From: Eledone cirrhosa
Taxonomy: Eukaryota
Assembly (NCBI GenBank): GCA_964016885.1
Contig: OZ024742.1
Coordinates: forward strand, 84,816,001 to 84,880,000
Direction: 5' to 3'
Length of the DNA stretch: 64,000 nucleotides
Part shown: positions 54,601 through 64,000 of the stretch, piece by piece
How the letters are laid out: every line of letters begins with the position of its first letter
How positions within the stretch are numbered: position 1 is the stretch's first letter
Made by a program: the position numbers and the translations under genes
The notes under the pieces: model-generated
The model's input: the letters and a program-made list of their open reading frames with translations, nothing else
What the model was told of the DNA's origin: nothing
Databases searched by the model: none

Positions 54601-55085
54601 ATGGATAAATGAATAAATAAATATATACGCAAGCACAATGACAACAAACACATATAAACACATATAAACTAGTAAAGATAGAATATATTAACCAATACAC
54701 AATCACCCAATCACGAACACACATAAAAAAAAACACTATACACACAGGCAAACGCATGCTCAAAGGAGACAAAATAAAATAAACAAATAAATAAATATAT
54801 AAACAGACTAAATAAAGATAGCGTAGAAAATACAATGCAACGGGAGGAAACAATAGCACCACTGACGTTGTTGCAGATGTGCAACGAAAGAACTTTGATA
54901 AACTATATATATGTGTTTGTGTCTATATTGTATCTGTATTTGGCAACATTGAGGACCGAATAAATTAAATTACCGATATAAAAGACACAGAAGCGAAAAG
55001 CGAAAACCAGCCAAACAGTGAGTGTGTTCTGTTATTAATTCTGGCAATATTACACAAATATGCCCCTCCCCAAGTATAACAATAT
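51689..55085 (+). mobile_element. 5'-truncated Penelope-like retroelement (Nematis-like, tentative) with ~790 bp inverted pseudo-LTR
   Basis: 51689-52482 is the reverse complement of 54307-55085. The RT + GIY-YIG pseudo-ORF lies between the arms, and the element is flanked by TA/CA microsatellites. Confidence 0.92.
52483..54532 (+). pseudogene. PLE reverse transcriptase + GIY-YIG endonuclease pseudo-ORF
   Basis: YGLRKDHK...GPPTRPVCGA; GSMDVVSLYPSI; QNEGAAIG; YSRYVDDINI; RLPVLDT; HYDKPMAS; FSGYN; FVDATPGG; C..C..C; NVVYSIRC...YTGGTARSIGERLDQH; RQIREASEI. In-frame stops (e.g. ~52658, 52778, 53935) and frameshifts are present. Confidence 0.9.
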
Positions 55086-55126
55086 TTGTTTCGACACACG
55101 ATTTCATATAAAAAACCTCGCAAAAT

Positions 55127-55167
<41 letters not shown>

Positions 55168-55411
55168 ATATATATATATATATATATATATGCAAGTATG
55201 TATGTATGTATAAGTACATACATATATGTATACAGACGTACAGTAGTATGTATATATATATACATACATGCACAAATATATATATGCACGTATCGGTTTA
55301 CCGAACATTTATTATAATGCGCGGTTTGTTTGTAAACAAACAAACAGCCCGAATTACGCCGTACGATGTTTAGGCAACCACGTTACCTTTTTCTTCAACA
55401 CTGACACAGAA

Positions 55412-55454
55412 ACGATGTACTAGTTTCAAGCTTATTAGCTATCGTCAGCATCGT
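55412..55454 (-). ncRNA. Minimal type I hammerhead (array 2, unit 1)
   Basis: acgatg-CTGACGA-tagctaataagctt-GAAA-CTAG-TA-catcgt, with a perfect 6 bp stem I. Confidence 0.9.
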
Positions 55455-56293
55455 ATACCTTCCTGCCAGATTGTTTAACGTCTGAAAGTATATACTTTTC
55501 TTATGCATATTAACGGATGAGCAGTCTAATTTGCATATCGAGTGAGTTTAGTCGGCCGGGCGCACCGAAAACGATAAATGGAATAGAATGAAACGAAATT
55601 TCATTTCTCACTCTTAGTACGGCAGTTACTTAAATGTAAGTATTTATGTATATATACGTACATCCATATATATATATACAGACGTACAGTAGTATGTATA
55701 TATATACATGCATGCATAAATATATATATGCACCTATCGGTTTACAGAACATTTATTATAATGCTCGGTTTGTTTGTAAACAAACAAACAGCCCGATTTA
55801 CTCCGTACAGTGTTTAGGCAACCCCGTCACCTTTTTATTCAACACTGACACAGGAACTATGTACTAGTTTCAAGCTTATTAGCTACTGTTAGAATCGTAT
55901 ACCTTCTTGCCAGATGGTTGAACGTCTGAAAGTATATAATTTCCTTATGCATATTAACGGCTAAGCAGCCTAATTTGCATATCGATTGAGTTTAGTCGAC
56001 CGGGCATACCGAAAACGATAAATGGAATAGAATGAAACGAAATTTCATTTCTCACTCTTAGTACGGCAGTTACTTAAATGTAAGTATGTATATATACGTA
56101 CATCCATATGTATATACAGACGTACAGTAGTATGTATATATATACATGCATGCATAAATATATATATGCACCTATCGGTTTACAGAACATTTATTATAAT
56201 GCTCGGTTTGTTTGTAAACAAATAAACAGCCCGAATTACGCCGTACAGTGTTTAGGCAACCACTTCACCTTTTTATTCAACACTGACACAGGA

Positions 56294-56336
56294 ACCATGT
56301 ACTAGTTTCAAGCTTATTAGCTATCGTCAGCATCGT
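56294..56336 (-). ncRNA. Minimal type I hammerhead (array 2, unit 3)
   Basis: Intact core with one stem I mismatch. The same variant recurs at 57174-57216. Confidence 0.8.
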
Positions 56337-57619
56337 ATACCTTCCTGCCAGATGGTTTAACGTCTGAAAGTATATACTTTTCTCATGCATATTAACGGAT
56401 GAGCAGTCTAATTTGCATATCGAGTGAGTTTAGTCGGCCGGGCGCACCGAAAACGATAAATGGAATAGAATGAAACGAAATTTCATTTCTCACTCTTAGT
56501 ACGGCAGTTACTTAAATGTATGTATTTATGTATATATACGTACATCCATATATATATACAGACGTACAGTAGTATGTATATATATACATGCATGCATAAA
56601 TATATATATGCACCTATCGGTTTACAGAACATTTATTATAATGCTCGGTTTGTTTGTAAACAAACAAACAGCCCGATTTACTCCGTACAGTGTTTAGGCA
56701 ACCCCGTCAACTTTTTATTCAACACTGACACAGGAACGATGTACTAGTTTCAAGCTTATTAGCTACTGTTAGAATCGTATACCTTCTTGCCAGATGGTTG
56801 AACGTCTGAAAGTATATAATTTCCTTATGCATATTAACGGCTAAGCAGCCTAATTTGCATATCGATTGAGTTTAGTCGACCGGGCATACCGAAAACGATA
56901 AATGGAATAGAAAGAAACGAAATTTCATTTCTCACTCTTAGTACGGCAGTTACTTAAATGTAAGTATGTATATATACGTACATCCATATATATATACAGA
57001 CGTACAGTAGTATGTATATATATACATGCATGCATAAATATATATATGCACCTATCGGTTTACAGAACATTTATTATAATGCTCGGTTTGTTTGTAAACA
57101 AATAAACAGCCCGAATTACGCCGTACAGTGTTTAGACAACCACTTCACCTTTTTATTCAACATTGAAACAGGAACCATGTACTAGTTTCAAGCTTATTAG
57201 CTATCGTCAGCATCGTATACCTTCCTGCCAGACAGTTGAACGTCTGAAAGTACATACTTTCCTTATGCATATTAACGGCTGAGCAGCATAATTTGCATAT
57301 CAAGTGAGTTTAGTCGGCCGGGCGCACCGAAAACAATAAATAGAATAGAATGAAACGAAACTTCATTTTTCACTTTTAGTACGGCAGTTACTTAAATGTA
57401 AGTATGTATGTATACGTACATCCATATATGTATACAGACGTACAGTAGTATGTATATATATACATACATGCACATATATATATATATATATATATGCACG
57501 TATCGGTTTACCGAACATTAATTATAATGCTCGGTTTGTTTGTAAACAAACAACAGCACGAATTACGCCGTACAGTGTTTAGGCAACCACGTCAACTTTT
57601 TGTTCAACACTGACCAGGA

Positions 57620-57662
57620 ACGATGTACTAGTTTCAACCTTATTAGCTATCGTCAGCATCGT
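57620..57662 (-). ncRNA. Minimal type I hammerhead (array 2, unit 6)
   Basis: Intact core and stem I with one stem II mismatch. The same variant recurs at 58060-58102. Confidence 0.75.
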
Positions 57663-58171
57663 ATACCTTCCTGCTAGATGGATGAACGTCTGAAAGTATA
57701 TACTATCCTTATGCATATTAACGGCTGAGCTGCCTAATTTGCATATTGAGTGACTTTAGTCTGCCGGGCGCACCGAAAACGATAAATGGAATAGAATGAA
57801 ACAAACATTCATTTCTCACTCTTAGTACGGCAGTTACTTAAATGTAAGTATGTATGTATGTATACGTACATACATATATGTATACAGACGTACAGTAGCA
57901 TGTATATATACATACATGCACACATATATACATGCACGTATCGGTTTACCGAACATTTATTATAATGCTCGGTTTGTTTGTAAACAAACAAACAGCCCGA
58001 ATTACGACGTACATTGTTTAGGCAATCACGTCACCTTTTTGTTCAACAATGACACAGGAACGATGTACTAGTTTCAACCTTATTAGCTATCGTCAGCATC
58101 GTCAGCATCGTATACGTTTTAGTAATTGCCGTACTAAGGGCGAGAAATGAAATTTCGTTTCATTCTATTCC

Positions 58172-58204
<33 letters not shown>

Positions 58205-58895
58205 CATGTAATGATATGGAGGAAAAAAACTATAAGGGGATAAAAGAGCCACGTTTGTAAGTAAATACTATATTCTATTAAAAAGAATGAAAACTACTTC
58301 GTATGTGGGAACATACACAGATAGAATAAGATTAGAAATGAATTCCTTAAAATGAAGATATAGACTGCTGTTATTTACACAAAATAACCTTAGTAATTTA
58401 ATAGCAACGTACCTAAAGTTCTGTTTAGATATACATTAATTTCTGCTCTGCGGCCCAGTATTTATATGTGCATATCGAACCACGCAGCAATTTAGTAGTT
58501 GGATTAGGAAAATAAAGCAAATATTTAGTCATTAAGCATCTATGATTTGGCAGTGTTGTTATAAAACAAATCAGTGCTCTTTAGACAATGGCAACATGAT
58601 GAATTAGATGTTTCTACATTCTGACATGTAGGTCAAGATGCAATTATGTCTTTCAGAAATAAGCAATAGAAACGCGTGCACACAAAGGGAGTTCACATAA
58701 ATAATGGATAACATTGTATTCAAACAAGAGAGTACAAGAATATATGTATATATACATACAGGCAGTGTTATAGGATACTTACATACATTCATATAAACGG
58801 ACACACACGAACACACACCCGTATATAAACACATGCGCGCACACACGCACATACACAAACACACACATACACACACACACACACACTCACATACG

Positions 58896-58926
<31 letters not shown>

Positions 58927-59101
58927 TTATATACATATATATATACATATATATATAAAGGTTAAGAGAAAATTATTAAGCCACTTTTATTGATATTCAT
59001 TGATTCATTTATTAAATACTATTAAGCCACGCACGTGTTTCGATGCGCTGCTTAAATGGCCTGCATAAATATGTATGTATATATAAATATCTATATATAT
59101 A

Positions 59102-59170
<69 letters not shown>

Positions 59171-59178
59171 TATATATG

Positions 59179-59235
<57 letters not shown>

Positions 59236-59239
<4 letters not shown>

Positions 59240-59667
59240 AAGCCAGAGTCCTGGTGTTTCTCCAGTGCAAGGCGCATACAATAGTCCACTACAATGATAA
59301 AAAGGTAGAGAGCCAATGTATCTCCCTGGAGCACTCCAGCCAGTATCTCAAAGAACTCTGTCATCCCATCAGGTGTAATGACTCAGAGCTGTATGGGACC
59401 ATCGCAAAAGTCAGCTCAAAATTGACACAGAGGAGACTGAGGTTGGCTGGACATTCTCAACGACATCCCGAGTTGACATTGCACTCAGTGCTCCTTTGGG
59501 AGCCCCTACTTGGACACACTAGAAGAGGAAGACCAAGGTTAACGTATGTTGATGCCCTAAGGACAGACACTGGTCTGTTGGAGATGCAGGATACGGCAGT
59601 GATAATGAGGGACAGAGACCGCTGGAGAGAACTTGTCCATGGATCTCGGGAATTTTACCCGCCTTAG
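59236..59667 (+). mobile_element. RTE-like LINE 3' end with an inverted 5' RT segment, in (TA)n
   Basis: Minus strand 59236-59370 reads [27 protein letters not shown]. Plus strand 59375-59667 reads [28 protein letters not shown]...[23 protein letters not shown]...MRDRDRWR. Confidence 0.85.
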
Positions 59668-59754
<87 letters not shown>

Positions 59755-59757
<3 letters not shown>

Positions 59758-59950
59758 CGAAGGAAATGTGGTAAGGAACCAGGTGGACCATAACGCACCA
59801 AAGTACTCAATACTTAGGGTAGTAGAGTGGGAAATAGGAACAAGTAAGACCCCGACGGCTGAGCTCAAGCCGTTTCGACGGCTAATTCAGTCCAGAATTA
59901 GCCGTCGAAACGGCTTGAGCTAAGCCGTCGGGGTCTTACTTGTTCCTATA
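59755..59950. mobile_element. Fold-back PLE pseudo-LTR remnant (half-hammerhead family)
   Basis: Near-identical to 43559-43762 in the opposite orientation and palindromic around ~59890. Confidence 0.82.
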
Positions 59951-59969
59951 TATATATATGTATAAATGC

Positions 59970-60017
<48 letters not shown>

Positions 60018-60018
<1 letters not shown>

Positions 60019-60545
60019 ATACAATATGTAGAAATGATAACACACTAGAAGGAGAGAGTGTGTGCCATCAATAAACAGGGTAACCACCAGTGTATGGAAT
60101 CTATAAAGTACGGAATATGCGGTAGAAGCATAATTATTAAAAATATAAATCAAAATGAATGTACCCACCTCTATAAATATATATCAAACACGTACAAATC
60201 CAAAGAGATTCGTTTCGCCAAAACATTGGTGACCGAAATGGAAATGCTTATGGCTCATTAGCGTGTGCTAAGTAGATACATTCCAGACACTCTAAAAATA
60301 TTTAAGATAACTCCCATGCAACACGCGGTATAGAAAGGTGAGCGCGGGCGAAGAACAGTCAACTAGTGGTCTTTGTGGAACAAGCGACTAGAAATAGCAG
60401 CCCGAAAACACCCAAAGAGAAGTGGTCAACCTACAGAGAGAGGAAAAACTGTTTATTGATGGCACACACTCTCTCCGTCTAGTGTGATATCCTTTCTACA
60501 TATTGTATTTTAAAGAGCCCGGGATTCCTTTTCCTTTGAGCACAT
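60018..60545. mobile_element. Element with ~60 bp inverted repeats and a decayed hammerhead-like motif
   Basis: 60018-60078 pairs with 60449-60509. The minus strand has CTAATGA-gcca...tggc-GAAAC at ~60205-60262. Confidence 0.6.
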
Positions 60546-60622
60546 AATTTACAGGGAATGACGCAAGTCTATGACTCAGTTTATATATATATATATGTTA
60601 TGTGTGTGTATATATATATATA

Positions 60623-60697
<75 letters not shown>

Positions 60698-60699
<2 letters not shown>

Positions 60700-60820
60700 C
60701 CAGGTGGACCATAACGCACCAAAGTACTCAATACTCAGGGCAGTAGAATACATAGGGTAGTCCAGAATTAGCCGTCGAAACGGCTTGAGATCAGCTGTCG
60801 GGGTCCTACTCGTTCCTATA
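60698..60820. mobile_element. Short inverted remnant of the half-hammerhead PLE family
   Basis: Same two-piece arrangement as 9803-9905 and 59755-59950. Confidence 0.75.
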
Positions 60821-60920
60821 TATATATATATACGATATATTAACAAATGAAAACTATATTTATAAAACCATATTTATTTCATTATACATATTTGTATCCC
60901 AACAAATTAAATATAACTTC

Positions 60921-61090
<170 letters not shown>

Positions 61091-61104
61091 TATATATAAA
61101 TATA

Positions 61105-61527
61105 AATACAGTATATTGCCAAATATGCTATATATATATATATATATATTCATCTATACATCGCTATTTCAGAGCACCAATTCTAATTTTTAATTTTGGC
61201 TGGACCGGCAAGCGTTCTGTATAACCAGTTCCTGTTTATTACTGGAATTCTATAAGAATCCAACATCTATAATATTCAACAGGCATCGGCGAGTGCTAAT
61301 CTCTGATGATTACCAACAGTATGAAACAGATCTGTCAGCTTATCTCCCTTTGTTTGTTGAATAAAGAGGTAAGTGACATAGTCACTACGTTAAAATAATA
61401 GCGCAAGTTCTTCAAAATGTTTTTAATTAAGCATACAATATATTGCCAAATATACTATATATATATACTTATACACACACACACACACATATATATATAG
61501 TATATTTGGCAATATACTGTATGCTTA
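61105..61527 (+). mobile_element. ~315 bp hammerhead repeat family copy
   Basis: HHR at 61298-61341: aatct-CTGATGA-ttaccaacagtat-GAAA-CAGATCTG-TC-agctt. Confidence 0.85.
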
Positions 61528-61723
61528 TATATATATATAATATATATAATAAACAATACAATTTAATTACCTCATTACTAGAGGTTTCCCGAATAAGGAA
61601 AACCTCTGGTAATGAGGTAATTATATTGTATTGTTTATTATACATTAAATTTAGCTCTGGTACTTACATAGAGCATTCTTCACTCCTATGACTTTTTCAA
61701 TTATCAACGGAAACTTCAATACT

Positions 61724-61824
<101 letters not shown>

Positions 61825-61827
61825 TTC

Positions 61828-61907
<80 letters not shown>

Positions 61908-61985
61908 TAAGAATAATGAGTTCTAATCTCAAGCAGTCCTTTACAATGAAATAGCTCAAAGAAAGAAGTATTTCTGAGCCGTGTA

Positions 61986-62444
61986 ATACAAGTTAATATA
62001 AATTAATATATATGATAAAACACAAATACCAACGTATAAGTGTTTGTATTGTAAAAGACTAAGTTAGCTAGATTGAAAAATACTAATTATAATAATACAG
62101 TTTGCCTGTCTCGATTTAAAATAATAAATCAATAAAAACAAACGATATCTGAGGAGAGCTGAACGGGGTATTTTTTCACTTTTTCATTTCGAAACTTATT
62201 TGGATTTTGAAGTTTAAACTTATCTACTTAACAGGTTTGATTTTGAAATTTAAATTGGTCCAAGTACCACGGCCATTTGCCAATATCGTTTGTTTTTATT
62301 GATTTATTATTTTAAATCGAGACAGGCAAACTGTATTATTATAATTAGTATTTTTCAATCTACCTAACTTAGTCTTTTACAATACAAACACTTATATGTT
62401 GGTATTTGTGTTTTATCATATATATTAATTTATATTAACTTGTA
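61986..62444. repeat. Inverted repeat with ~160 bp arms and a ~135 bp spacer
   Basis: 61986-62148 pairs with 62283-62444. The spacer begins CTGAGGA and contains 'ttcatttcGAAAC'. Confidence 0.88.
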
Positions 62445-62484
62445 TATATATATATACATATATATATATGTATAAGAATATATA

Positions 62485-62895
62485 TATAGTATATTTGGCA
62501 ATATACTGTATGCTTAATTAAAAACATTTTGAAGAATTTGCGCTATTATTTTAAAGCAGTGACTATGTCACTTACCTCTTTTTTTAGCAAAGGGAGATAA
62601 GCTGACAGATCTGTTTCACACTGTTGGTAATCATCAGAGCTTAGGACTCGCCGATGCCTGTTGAAAATTATAGATGATGGATTCTTGTAGAATTCCAGTA
62701 ATAATCAGGAACTGATTATACAGAGCGATTGCCGGTCTATCAAAAATTGAAAATTAGAATTGGTGCTCTGAAAAGGCCTTGTATACATGAACATATATAT
62801 AGTATATTTAGCAATATACTGTATGCTTAATTAAAACATCTTGACGACCGTGCGCTATTATTTTAAAGTAGTGACTATGTCACTTACTTCTTTTA
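62485..62895 (-). mobile_element. ~315 bp hammerhead repeat family, about 1.3 tandem units
   Basis: The unit start recurs at ~62487 and ~62800. Confidence 0.85.
62599..62642 (-). ncRNA. Minimal type I hammerhead
   Basis: aagct-CTGATGA-ttaccaacagtgt-GAAA-CAGATCTG-TC-agctt. Stem I is perfect, stem III is palindromic and the triplet is GUC. Confidence 0.88.
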
Positions 62896-62974
62896 TATGT
62901 GTATATGTATATATATATATATATAGTAATAACAAGTAGAGATGAGTTTTCTAATTACCATTAACTTTATTCTC

Positions 62975-63061
62975 ATATAACGCGCGTTTCACCATTGATC
63001 ATCTGAAAGTTCGATCTCTATCAATCGGGCCCGGCTCTGGAATCCAAAGATCATCAGACTT
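62975..63061 (-). ncRNA. Decayed hammerhead motif
   Basis: CTGATGA-tctttg...caatggt-GAAA-CGCGCG-TT. Stem I pairs poorly. Confidence 0.5.
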
Positions 63062-63121
63062 CTGTTTGCTAAATGACTGATGTTTTGTATACCATTTTAA
63101 ACAATATCAATTCTCCCTTCC

Positions 63122-63314
<193 letters not shown>

Positions 63315-63389
63315 GTACATACACACACACACATACACCCACCCATATATATATATACATATATATATATGTGTGTGTATATATATATA

Positions 63390-63972
63390 TAGGGCGGGTA
63401 AAATTGCCGAGACCCGTATACGACTTCTCTCCGGCGGTCTTTGTTTTTCATCGCCGCTATGTCCAGCGTCTACTGGAGACCAGCGTCACTCGTTAGGGCA
63501 TCATCATATGTCATCCGCGATATCTCTCTTCCAGTGTGGATTTATACGGCCTTGCACAGGAACAATGAGTTCAGTGGTAGCTCTGAATGTCTGTGAGCAT
63601 TTCAAGCTAACCCCAGTCTACTCTGTGTCACTTTGGAGCTGTTGTTTGGGAGATTCCCGTACAACTCTGATATATTCATCATCAGTGCATACAGGTTTAT
63701 ATTTAGAGCCATCCTCAGCACACGCGTGAGCACACATCCACCCTCTGAGAGTGTCTCCGTATAAGTGCCCAAGTTTCAGAACCGTATATCAGCACAGACT
63801 TCATTCAAGCAAGGAAGAGACGGAACATCAAGTCTCTACGAAGGTCCGACTCGCACACCGATCTCAAACTGTGACACATAACACAGGCTTTGCTTTATCT
63901 CTCCACTACATCTCCCGTATTCCTAATCTTTGCTCCCAGAAACAGGTGGTGCTTAACCAACTCTAGCGGTTT
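63390..63972 (-). mobile_element. RTE-like LINE 3' fragment (same family as 59375-59667) in (TA)n
   Basis: Minus strand: KSVLIYGSET...[19 protein letters not shown]...[20 protein letters not shown], followed by (TA)n. Confidence 0.82.
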
Positions 63973-64000
63973 ATATAAATATATATATATATATATATAT

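Larger units (their letters stand above)
55192..58172 (-). repeat. Tandem array of seven ~440 bp hammerhead monomers (sister subfamily of the 10.8-13.9 kb array)
   Basis: HHR positions are 55412, 55856, 56294, 56736, 57174, 57620 and 58060. The units are homologous throughout to array 1, and there is a short inverted tail at 58120-58172. Confidence 0.92.

Overview
AT-rich, microsatellite-laden animal DNA with no host gene that I can support. The tRNA-derived SINE with a Nin/Deu-like core resembles octopus SINEs, so an octopod cephalopod is inferred. The window is mostly decayed retroelements: Penelope-like elements (PLEs), an R4/Dong-type LINE, Tx1/L1- and RTE-type LINE fragments, and SINEs. 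One PLE keeps a long RT + GIY-YIG pseudo-ORF with an inverted pseudo-LTR; the others are GIY-YIG 3' ends. The main signal is non-coding. By eye I count about 30 minimal type I hammerhead ribozyme (HHR) motifs (stem I - CUGANGA - stem II - GAAA - usually palindromic stem III - NUH - stem I') from about 10 unrelated repeat families. They include two tandem arrays of ORF-less 440-500 bp HHR monomers (10.8-13.9 kb and 55.2-58.2 kb), two shorter tandem families and a dispersed ~315 bp family, which fit non-LTR retrozymes or non-autonomous PLE derivatives. Several families show compensatory stem changes. One subfamily carries the U3-A8 core variant and two families carry a CCGANGA core. Most of these elements sit in (TA)n tracts and have inverted (fold-back) ends. 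All structures were read by eye; no folding or searches were run, and element boundaries are approximate.
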